Below, piece by piece: positions 1-7,486 of a stretch of DNA of 19,107 nucleotides. The stretch's first letter is position 1. Every line of letters begins with the position of its first letter. The notes beneath the pieces were generated by a model that did no database searches, had not been told where the DNA came from, and was given only the letters and a program-made list of their open reading frames with translations. Position numbers and translations under genes: made by a program. Source of the DNA: Terrimicrobiaceae bacterium (GTDB lineage: Bacteria; Verrucomicrobiota; Verrucomicrobiia; Chthoniobacterales; Terrimicrobiaceae); assembly GCA_041752695.1 (NCBI GenBank), contig JBGSVZ010000122.1:1-19107 (forward strand), written 5' to 3'.

Positions 1-443
1 GCGACCTCCGGCGAGGCGGGCGTCCATCCGGCCTCGGCCAGGAGAGCCGATACCTCCACGAGTGATTGGGCAATGCGGAGGGCGACGGCCGGTTTTGTGG
101 GGTCGGGAAATCCTTCGAGCAGCGCAGGATAGTCGTCCCGAGCGGCGCGGGTGATCACGTCCGTCCAGGCCAGCAGGCGATCCGCGCGGGTGGCTTTTTC
201 CTGCGTGCTGGCCCGTTCGAGGAGGGTCATCGGTGCGACCAATAAAGGCGGGAGCAATCCCGTGCCCCGTTCCGCCGCAAGGCGGACCAGTTCGCCTTTC
301 AGCCGGCGGGCGGCTCCGGAGGTGGGCACGACCACCGCGCAAGTCCGGAGGTCGAGAGGCTGGCCGGACGCGGATTCCGCCAACCAGTTCGCCACCTTTT
401 CCAGGAGCGGCCGGGGTTCGCGAAGGAAGACACGTTCAGGCAT
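1..443 (-). CDS. 5' part (truncated by window edge) of a probable AddB/RexB-like helicase-nuclease subunit B (PD-(D/E)XK nuclease family)
   Basis: Not in the ORF track because it runs off the edge. My translation from ATG at 443 is open to position 1: MPERVFLREPRPLLEKVANWLAESASGQPLDLRTCAVVVPTSGAARRLKGELVRLAAERGTGLLPP... The 'LDL...VVVPT..A.RRL' segment resembles the N-terminus of AddB-like proteins. The nuclease motif would lie outside the window. The start is 33 nt after the transglutaminase stop. Confidence 0.6.
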   Translation of the reverse strand, partial: MPERVFLREPRPLLEKVANWLAESASGQPLDLRTCAVVVPTSGAARRLKGELVRLAAERGTGLLPPLLVAPMTLLERASTQEKATRADRLLAWTDVITRAARDDYPALLEGFPDPTKPAVALRIAQSLVEVSALLAEAGWTPASPEV

Positions 444-476
444 GGCGGAGGGCGCGGAAATTCTTCCCGAAGTTGC

Positions 477-2441
477 TCACGAAGCAATCTTAACTGTTCC
501 CCGCCGCCGGGCTTTCCAGATTTTTTTCAGGCGGCTGGCGCTGTCGCGAAGTTCGTTCGCCACTGCGGGGGTGAGGCCCTCTGCGCGGTACACGCCCGTC
601 GTATAGGCCGTGGCAAAACGGTCGAGGGTTTCCTTTTCCGCGTCGGATGCCGCGTCTTGCAAGCGCCTGAGCCAGGCGAGAGGAGTCTCGCGGTCGAGCC
701 GCGGCCGGCCGAGGCGGACCGCTTGGAATTCCAGGTCGGTGAGCAGGCTGGCGGCGAGATCGCGGGAGTGTTGCATGTGCCGCAAAATGAGCCGGCGCGC
801 CAGCCAGGCCGTAAGGAAAAGCAGCAGACCCACGAAAAAAACCGGCTGGAGGGATTCCCACATTTCGGACGCGCCGACCACGGCAAAAAATTCCCCGGTG
901 CGGTCGCCAATTTCCGTGAAAAACGCGCTGACAAATGCCGCGGAGAGCCGCCACCACGGCCAGGTGTCGGAGTCGAGATCGTTTTCCAATTGGGTGGTGA
1001 GATCCGGGGCGACGGAGTTGGTGGGATCAAAGCGCATCCACCGACTCGACGGCGCGTCCCAGGCCTCCACCCACGCGTGGGCGTCGGAATCCCGCACCGT
1101 GATGGTGCGCAGCCAGGGGTTCCAATCGCCCCCGCGGTAGCCGACCACAATGCGGGCGGGCACCCCGCCGAGGCGCAGGAGGTTGGCAGCGGCGGCGGCA
1201 TAATGTTCACAAAATCCGCGGCGGATCGTGGTGAGAAATTTTCCCACGTTCGGAATGCGCCCCGGTCGCATGGTGTAGGCAAATTGGTTTTCCTTGAAAT
1301 AAGCCGCCACGGCCCGCAGAGCTTCCGGCGTGCTGGAGTCCGGGGCAATCAGCGCCGCGGCAATCTGGCGGAGTTCGGGATTGGCTCCGATTTCCTCGGG
1401 AACGCCGAGACTGCCCTGGCCGAAGGATTCCGCGGGAGCGTCGGACGCGGAGTCTGCCGCCGCCACGACATCCATGCGCAAGGACCCCGCACCGACCGCC
1501 GTCAGGACCGAGGCCCCCAGATCGAGCACGGCGATTTCCTGTCCACCTCGGGAAGCATCGACGGTTACGACCCGGTCAAGGATGGGAAGGATACCGCCGC
1601 GATTGGAAGTGACCTCCTGACTGTAGCGCCAGATCGGGACGTCCTCGTCGGGAGTTCCGGTTTCCAAACTCTGCGGGGGGCCGCGTCGTCCACTGTCCCG
1701 CGACCAGCGGAGGCCTTCATTGCGTTCCAGCACCTGGCCGCGCCAATAAAGCTGCGATGCTTCGGGAACTTGCTCCGCCTCGGGAAATTTCGCCACCAGC
1801 GCGACGCGGCGCGACTGGCTGAGCTCCGCCACGCGACCGGGATCGAGAACATTGCTGCCGGAAAATCCCGTGATCGCGGGCATGGTCTGGATCGAATAAT
1901 CCGGGAAGAGCCAGAACACCAATATGACCACGATGCTCACGGGCACGACGACCCGCAACGAACGCACCAGCGAGGCCCAGAAACTCTGTGCGGCCTCGGG
2001 CGGGCGATGAATCTGCTGGGTCAGGATCATGAGCACCACCACGTCCAGGACAAGGAAGACCGCGCCGACCCCGGGGTATGGCCGGATGATGGCGGCCACC
2101 AGCACCGCGAGGATGCAAAAAACCACCCGCAGGCCACGGGAGGGAGTAATCGGACGCAGCAGAAAAACGGCTCCGACGATTCCGGCGAGTTCCCCGATGA
2201 GGAGGTAGGGAGGCGTGCCCCGCCGGGTGAGAAAGACGACCAGGACCGCGAGCAGAAAAAGGCTGCGCTCCAGCCAGGCGGGCGCGAAAATTTGCCGGCT
2301 CCGGAGCACCGCGCCCACGGCGAGAATGAGGTAGGACACAAGCACAATGGCTGCGGGGTCGCGCAACAACAGCAGGTGGACGAAGAGGGCCCCAGCCAGG
2401 GCCCATCCGGCGATCCGGTCGCTGGGATTTCTCTCGTTCAC
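477..2441 (-). CDS. Membrane-bound transglutaminase-like protein (TgpA-type: N-terminal multi-TM DUF3488-like region plus transglutaminase core)
   Basis: Several N-terminal hydrophobic helices. Catalytic triad motifs GFCEHYA (Cys), DAHAWVE (His) and RFDPT (Asp). C-terminal TM plus 'ETPLAW' tail. GTG start overlaps the upstream TGA (GTGA at 2438-2441). Confidence 0.9.
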   Translation of the reverse strand: MNERNPSDRIAGWALAGALFVHLLLLRDPAAIVLVSYLILAVGAVLRSRQIFAPAWLERSLFLLAVLVVFLTRRGTPPYLLIGELAGIVGAVFLLRPITPSRGLRVVFCILAVLVAAIIRPYPGVGAVFLVLDVVVLMILTQQIHRPPEAAQSFWASLVRSLRVVVPVSIVVILVFWLFPDYSIQTMPAITGFSGSNVLDPGRVAELSQSRRVALVAKFPEAEQVPEASQLYWRGQVLERNEGLRWSRDSGRRGPPQSLETGTPDEDVPIWRYSQEVTSNRGGILPILDRVVTVDASRGGQEIAVLDLGASVLTAVGAGSLRMDVVAAADSASDAPAESFGQGSLGVPEEIGANPELRQIAAALIAPDSSTPEALRAVAAYFKENQFAYTMRPGRIPNVGKFLTTIRRGFCEHYAAAAANLLRLGGVPARIVVGYRGGDWNPWLRTITVRDSDAHAWVEAWDAPSSRWMRFDPTNSVAPDLTTQLENDLDSDTWPWWRLSAAFVSAFFTEIGDRTGEFFAVVGASEMWESLQPVFFVGLLLFLTAWLARRLILRHMQHSRDLAASLLTDLEFQAVRLGRPRLDRETPLAWLRRLQDAASDAEKETLDRFATAYTTGVYRAEGLTPAVANELRDSASRLKKIWKARRRGTVKIAS

Positions 2442-3322
2442 AGTTTTTCCTCAAACGTGGCCAACGCTTCGCGGCAGGCGGTGAGACTGGCACTGCTGAG
2501 GCCGGGAGGGTGGCCAAGGTCCAGCAGAAATGGCCGCCCTTCCTGTCCGCACTGATCCATCCAGAAAGAGAGTTGTTCGAGCCGTGCTTCCGTGTTGGTG
2601 AGAAACCGCGTGTCCGTCCACCTCAGCAACACTTCCTCCTCGCCGCCTTCCTCCAACGTGCGCACGAGCAACTCCCCCGTGCGGGCGAAAACGCGCCAGT
2701 CCATTCGCGAGAGCATGTCGCCGGGATTGTAGGGGCGGTGGCCGCTGACGTCGTCACGGTCTCCGTCTCCCTCTCCCCCGGCTTCCATTTCCTGGTCGAG
2801 CGGACGACCCCGCGGAGCCGGGTAAACATCGTAGGTCGCGGTTTGGGGAAACACTTTCCATGCGAAACACAGACCCGCCGGACGCACGCTGCAGACCCAG
2901 AGTTGGGGAACTGGAAAACGTCCGCGTCGGGCGGTGGGCAGGGCAAGAGATACCGTGGCGGTCTCGCCCGCTTCGAGCACAGGGAGCCAGGCGGAGGAGC
3001 GCGGACGGATCCGCCAGCCGGTGCGAATGGTCAGACCGATGCGTTCGCGATCGGCGGAGTTTTTCACCGTCACTTCCAGTTTCACGGTTTCCCCGGCCGC
3101 CGTCGGCAGAGAACGGCAGCCCAGAATGTCAATGCCGCGAAGGTTGTCGTTGCTTTGGATCAGAGCCACGACACCGGCGACGACCAAAGTGATACCCAGC
3201 GTTTGCGTCAGGGCTCCCGAATCCCGGCTCAGGTAGCCCGCGCCAAAGATGAGCAGGATTAGGAAACCAAACACCAGCCCCGCCCAGTGAAAGATGATGT
3301 AAACACGTTCGCGGGAAGCCAT
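2438..3322 (-). CDS. DUF58 family protein
   Basis: Start moved to ATG 3322 (MASRERVYIIFHWAGLVF), because the longer ORF overlaps moxR. Two N-terminal TM helices, 'VYPAP', and 'HRPYNPGDMLSRMDWRVFARTGELLVR', the typical DUF58 R.Y.PGD...DW motif. Lies between moxR and the transglutaminase gene. Confidence 0.85.
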   Translation of the reverse strand: MASRERVYIIFHWAGLVFGFLILLIFGAGYLSRDSGALTQTLGITLVVAGVVALIQSNDNLRGIDILGCRSLPTAAGETVKLEVTVKNSADRERIGLTIRTGWRIRPRSSAWLPVLEAGETATVSLALPTARRGRFPVPQLWVCSVRPAGLCFAWKVFPQTATYDVYPAPRGRPLDQEMEAGGEGDGDRDDVSGHRPYNPGDMLSRMDWRVFARTGELLVRTLEEGGEEEVLLRWTDTRFLTNTEARLEQLSFWMDQCGQEGRPFLLDLGHPPGLSSASLTACREALATFEEKL

Positions 3323-3363
3323 CTCTGAGGAGAGTGAAAAGGAGAGGGAAGGTGAATAGGGGG

Positions 3364-4293
3364 CTACTTGGAACGGGTGGTTTCCAGGAGCGAGCGGGCC
3401 ATGGTGGCGGCTTCGCGGGCGTCGCCTGGCGCGCGGGCGAATTGCGCCAGGCGGTGGGTGACGACCGGGGGAAAAACTTTTTGCACGTCGTCGGGCAGCG
3501 CATGTTCGCGACCCTCCAGAAAGGCCAGCGCCTGGGCGGCCCGTTGCAGTCCGAGGCTGGCCCGGGGGGAAAGTTCCCACCCCCGCTCCTTCGCGGCCTC
3601 GAAAAGGTCGAGAATGTATTCGGACACCGCTTCCGCGACATGGATGTGTCCGGCCTCATGCTGCCAGCGGACCAGTTCCTCCGGAGTCGCTAGCGTCCGG
3701 AGGGTTTGAAAATCAAACGACATGGTTTCCCGCCGTCCGCGGTCTCGCTCGAGCAATTTGCGTTGGGTGCCGCGTTCCGGTGCACCCAATTCGATGCGCA
3801 TCAGAAAACGATCGACCTGGGATTCCGGGAGCAAGGCCGTGCCGACCTGCTCGCGCGGGTTTTGCGTGCCCACGAAAAAAAACGGTTCCGGCAGCGCGTG
3901 GGTGTATCCCTCGATCGTCACCTCGTGTTCATCCATCGCCTGGAGCACCGCGCTTTGCGTGCGGGGAGAGGCGCGGTTCAGTTCGTCCCCGAGCACAAGT
4001 TGGGCGAAAATTGGCCCCCGGTGAAAGGAAAACCCCTGCCGGGCCGCGTCGAAAATCTGGCTCCCGAGAATGTCCGCCGGCAGCAGGTCGTTGGTGAATT
4101 GCACCCGTTTAAAATCCAGCCCGAGCAGGCGCGCCATCACCTTGACCAGGGTGGTTTTTCCCACGCCGGGGGTATCCTCGATCAGCAGGTTGCCGCCGGA
4201 AACGAAACAACACAGGGCCAGCTCCAACTCGCGTTCCCGATCAATCAATGCCCGCCCCGACTCCGCGTGAAATTCCTTCAGAAACGATCGCAT
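3364..4293 (-). CDS. moxR: MoxR family AAA+ ATPase
   Basis: Walker A EDTPGVGKT, 'RVQFTNDLLPADILG', Walker B LGDELNRA, 'TQNP', 'LPESQVDRF', 'SPRASL'. Start is ATG 4293, or GTG 4296/4305. Confidence 0.93.
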   Translation of the reverse strand: MRSFLKEFHAESGRALIDRERELELALCCFVSGGNLLIEDTPGVGKTTLVKVMARLLGLDFKRVQFTNDLLPADILGSQIFDAARQGFSFHRGPIFAQLVLGDELNRASPRTQSAVLQAMDEHEVTIEGYTHALPEPFFFVGTQNPREQVGTALLPESQVDRFLMRIELGAPERGTQRKLLERDRGRRETMSFDFQTLRTLATPEELVRWQHEAGHIHVAEAVSEYILDLFEAAKERGWELSPRASLGLQRAAQALAFLEGREHALPDDVQKVFPPVVTHRLAQFARAPGDAREAATMARSLLETTRSK

Positions 4294-4374
4294 CACAGGC
4301 GGCACCCTACACCATTTTTTGCCGATGGCGGGAGAAAGATTTCCCGTTTTTCCGGGAAAAACCCGGCGGCAGTT

Positions 4375-5130
4375 TTATTTGACCCCGGCGGTTTCGAGCA
4401 GCCGGGTAAGGTCGTTTTTATTGCCGCGGAGGGCGACGAGGAAGCAGATGCCTTTTTCCTCGCGGATGGCCAGCGACCAGGGCTCGACTTCGAGGATACG
4501 CCACGATCCTTCCGGATAAACCGAGATGCCAAAGGGCTGGGCGCGGAAGGAATAGAAATAGACCGGGTGGTCGTAGGCGATGGCCACCTGGGCGACGGTT
4601 TCCTCCTCCACCCGAAAGAGGCGCACCCCCACGGCGTCGAATGTGCCGAAGCCCGGTGGGAGCCGGAAATCGTCAAACCCTTTCAGCATGAACCAATCGG
4701 GCAGGTGTTCGGCTTTGTCCTGCACCTCGTCGAACTGGCTCGGGGCGGCCTTGCTGCCGGCCGTGGCCACCTTGACGGCATCGTCCGGGAACGTGCCGGC
4801 GCGGCCGAGGAAATTCCAGACGAGGACAGCGACGAGCAAAAGAAAACCCACTCCCACGGCCAGGGTTGCTGGGTTGCGCAGGCCATGGCGGGCGGAATGT
4901 TTGGTCCCCAGCGTGGCGGTGCCTGCGGCGAGGCGCTGGGCGGCATCCGGGCCGAGCGGGATGGTGGCGAGCTCGGCAGAAAGTTCGCGGTCGAGCGTCT
5001 GCCACTGACGCACCTCGACTTCGAGTTCCGGCGAGGCGGCGGCGGCGGCCAAAGCCTGCTTGAGATCGGCGTCGTCCTGGCCGTCCGGGCGGCGGGCGAG
5101 AAGAAGAGGACGGGCGGCTTTGGGAGTCAT
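4375..5130 (-). CDS. Putative membrane-anchored anti-sigma-factor-like protein
   Basis: N-terminal helical cytoplasmic segment (LLARRPDGQDDADLKQALAAAAASPEL...LDRELSAELATIP), a single TM helix (LAVGVGFLLLVAVLVWNFL) and a C-terminal extracytoplasmic domain. Translationally coupled (ATGA overlap 5127-5130) to a sigma-like gene. No HxxxCxxC zinc motif. Confidence 0.6.
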   Translation of the reverse strand: MTPKAARPLLLARRPDGQDDADLKQALAAAAASPELEVEVRQWQTLDRELSAELATIPLGPDAAQRLAAGTATLGTKHSARHGLRNPATLAVGVGFLLLVAVLVWNFLGRAGTFPDDAVKVATAGSKAAPSQFDEVQDKAEHLPDWFMLKGFDDFRLPPGFGTFDAVGVRLFRVEEETVAQVAIAYDHPVYFYSFRAQPFGISVYPEGSWRILEVEPWSLAIREEKGICFLVALRGNKNDLTRLLETAGVK

Positions 5131-5519
5131 GCCGGAAGGGAGCGGATGGTGGTGCGGGCCTGATCCAGGGCGTCGGCCAGGGCCTTGGTGTCGATGCTCA
5201 GAACGCGTTCGATCTCACGGCCGGGCAGGGCGTTGAGGCAGAGCAAAGTGAGGGCGCTGCGTGCGGGCTCCAGCAGGCGATGCAAGTCGCCGAGGCGTCC
5301 GCTCAGTTCGCAACGCGCGGGAAATTTCAGACAGCGGCGGCGCAGGGTGGTGAAGAAAAGCCGGACGATCCGCTCCTCGTCCTCGGCATGGGGATGGCGG
5401 CGGACTTCCTCCAGGGCTTCGTCGAACGCCCGATTGGCCCCTTCGGTACAGCCCGTGAGCACGTGGGCGAAACGCCACGCGTTTTCCAGCAGGTGGGAGT
5501 GCTCGGCCGGGTCGCTCAT
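5127..5519 (-). CDS. Short, degenerate ECF sigma-70-like protein (region 2- and region 4-like segments)
   Basis: '[10 protein letters not shown]' matches the ECF 'YRYAxxLTG' pattern and '[11 protein letters not shown]' matches 'WLFTIxRN'. '[31 protein letters not shown]...LDQARTTIR' matches the sigma4 HTH spacing. Only 130 aa, and key conserved residues are altered. Confidence 0.6.
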   Translation of the reverse strand: MSDPAEHSHLLENAWRFAHVLTGCTEGANRAFDEALEEVRRHPHAEDEERIVRLFFTTLRRRCLKFPARCELSGRLGDLHRLLEPARSALTLLCLNALPGREIERVLSIDTKALADALDQARTTIRSLPA

Positions 5520-5594
5520 CGGGCGGGAGCTTCATACGGCGCGGAGGGACGGGTCACAAGGCTATTCCCAAAATAGTTGCTCCGCTCCCTGCGA

Positions 5595-5628
5595 TTGACT
5601 TGGAGGCGGAGCGACTCCATTTTGGAGG
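5595..5628 (+). promoter_or_regulatory. Candidate sigma70 promoter and RBS for the phosphatase-glyA gene
   Basis: TTGACT (5595-5600), 17-nt spacer, CATTTT (5618-5623). GGAGG at 5624-5628 lies 7 nt before ATG 5636. Confidence 0.45.
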
Positions 5629-5635
5629 CTCGCGC

Positions 5636-7345
5636 ATGAAGCACGTCTTATTTGTTTGCACTGGCAATGTCTGCCGCAGCCCGATGGCTGAGGGGCTTTT
5701 TCGGAAGCTCCTGGCTGGCCGCACGGACATCACCGTCGCCTCCGCCGGGGTCAGTGCCGGACGCGGCCAACCCGCCAGCGGCGATTCCGTGCGGGCCCTT
5801 CAGGCGCTCGGGATCGATCTCTCCCGGTTTCGCAGCCAGCCCGTTTCCGAGGATTTGGTGGAAAAAGCCACCCACATTTTTGTGATGACGCGCGACCACA
5901 AGCGTCTGCTGGAGCTGTTTTTCCCCGAGGCGGGCGGCAAAACCCGTCTCCTTCGTGACCTCGAAAAGGGAGCGCCCGACGTGCCCGATCCCATCGGCCT
6001 CGGCCGCGAGACCTACGAACGCTGCCGCGATACGATCCAACGCGCTCTTCCCGCCATTCTCAAACTCATCGACAGCCAGCCCATGACATCCACCACCGAA
6101 CCCACCGAAAACCTCGACGCCCTCGCCGGCATCGACCCCGAGATTGCCGAAGCCATCCGCAGCGAACGCCACCGGCAATTCGAGCATGTCGAACTCATCG
6201 CCAGCGAAAATTTCACCAGCAAGGCCGTGATGGAAGCGCAGGGCTCCTGCCTGACCAACAAATACGCCGAGGGTTATCCTGGGCGCCGGTGGTACGGGGG
6301 GTGTGAATACGTCGACATCGTCGAAACGCTGGCCATCGCCCGCGCGAAGCAACTCTTCGGAGCCGACCACGCCAACGTCCAGCCCCACAGTGGCAGTCAG
6401 GCCAACATGGCCGTCTATTTCAGCGTGCTCCAGCCCGGCGACCGCATCCTCACCATGGACCTCGCGCACGGCGGACACCTCACCCACGGACACCGCGCAA
6501 ATTTTTCCGGCAAACTTTACGAAGTTCACCACTACGGCGTGGACCAGAAGAGTGAACAAATCGATTACGACGCCCTCGCGCAGCACGCCGAGCAGGTTAA
6601 ACCCCGCATGATCACCGCGGGAGCTTCGGCGTATCCGCGAACCATCGACTTTGCCCGCATGCGCGAGATCGCCGACTCCGTCGGCGCCTATCTTTTTGTG
6701 GATATGGCCCACATCGCCGGCCTCGTGGCCGGTGGCGCGCACCCCTCGCCCGTCGCCCACGCCCACTTTGTCACCACGACGACCCACAAAAGCCTCCGCG
6801 GTCCCCGTGGCGGACTCATCCTGTGCAAAGAAGAGTTTGCCAAAAAAGTGGACGGCCAGACTTTCCCCGGCATCCAGGGTGGCCCGCTTATGCACGTCAT
6901 CGCGGCGAAGGCTGTCTGCCTTCATGAGGCCCTGCAGCCTTCTTTCCGCGCTTACGCCCGCCAGGTGGTGAACAACGCCAAATCCCTCGCCGCCCGTCTG
7001 GGCATGTTGGGCTACCGCATTGTTTCCGGCGGGACGGACAACCACGTCATGCTGGTGGATCTCCGCCCGCAGGGCCTCACCGGGAGCGAGGCGTCCATTG
7101 CCCTCGACAAGGCCGCCATCACGGTGAACAAAAATGCCATCCCCTTCGACACCGAACCGATCACCAAGACCGGCGGCATCCGGGTGGGCACCCCTGCCAT
7201 GACCACCCGCGGCATGACCGAGGAGGACATGATGGAAATTGCCGACCATCTGCACGCCGCCCTGCAAGCCCGCGCTGACGAATCCGCGCTCGCGGAAATC
7301 CGCAAGCAGGTCGTGGCGTTTACCAGCCGCTTCCCGCTGCCCTAA
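5636..7345 (+). CDS. glyA: Fusion of a low-molecular-weight protein (Tyr/Arg) phosphatase domain and serine hydroxymethyltransferase
   Basis: N-terminal ~145 aa has the P-loop [19 protein letters not shown] and DVPDPIG. After the linker [13 protein letters not shown] comes complete [64 protein letters not shown] (PLP Lys), [17 protein letters not shown]. No stop codon between the domains. Confidence 0.95.
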   Translation: MKHVLFVCTGNVCRSPMAEGLFRKLLAGRTDITVASAGVSAGRGQPASGDSVRALQALGIDLSRFRSQPVSEDLVEKATHIFVMTRDHKRLLELFFPEAGGKTRLLRDLEKGAPDVPDPIGLGRETYERCRDTIQRALPAILKLIDSQPMTSTTEPTENLDALAGIDPEIAEAIRSERHRQFEHVELIASENFTSKAVMEAQGSCLTNKYAEGYPGRRWYGGCEYVDIVETLAIARAKQLFGADHANVQPHSGSQANMAVYFSVLQPGDRILTMDLAHGGHLTHGHRANFSGKLYEVHHYGVDQKSEQIDYDALAQHAEQVKPRMITAGASAYPRTIDFARMREIADSVGAYLFVDMAHIAGLVAGGAHPSPVAHAHFVTTTTHKSLRGPRGGLILCKEEFAKKVDGQTFPGIQGGPLMHVIAAKAVCLHEALQPSFRAYARQVVNNAKSLAARLGMLGYRIVSGGTDNHVMLVDLRPQGLTGSEASIALDKAAITVNKNAIPFDTEPITKTGGIRVGTPAMTTRGMTEEDMMEIADHLHAALQARADESALAEIRKQVVAFTSRFPLP

Positions 7346-7366
7346 GGCGGAACAAGGCCCTTGCAA

Positions 7367-7393
7367 CCGCGGATGGCGCGGATAAAAACGGAT
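7367..7393 (+). repeat. Three imperfect 9-10-nt tandem units ending in CGGAT
   Basis: CCGCGGAT-GGCGCGGAT-AAAAACGGAT directly after the glyA stop. No inverted mate seen in this intergenic region. Confidence 0.55.
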
Positions 7394-7486
7394 GTGAATT
7401 CCCCTGCTCGAAAAATCAGGCTGGTCAACATCACACGTTTAATGTCTTGCCCTTTGGGCTATTGAACGGTTTCTTCGAGGTGTCCC

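Noticed and set aside
657..2555. 632-aa plus-strand ORF
   Set aside because: Antisense shadow of the transglutaminase gene. No recognisable motifs, and long stop-free antisense frames are expected in GC-rich DNA.
3323..3580. N-terminal extension of the DUF58 ORF given in the track
   Set aside because: Overlaps moxR in another frame and is low-complexity Arg/Pro-rich. Family-like sequence begins at ATG 3322.
3706..5163. 485-aa plus-strand ORF
   Set aside because: Antisense to moxR and the anti-sigma-like gene, with no domain signature.
5531..5559. TTGTGA-17-TATGAA promoter-like pair for the sigma-like gene (minus strand)
   Set aside because: Both hexamers are imperfect and such matches arise by chance; it needs TSS data.
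5648..7366. 572-aa minus-strand ORF
   Set aside because: Antisense shadow of the phosphatase-glyA fusion.
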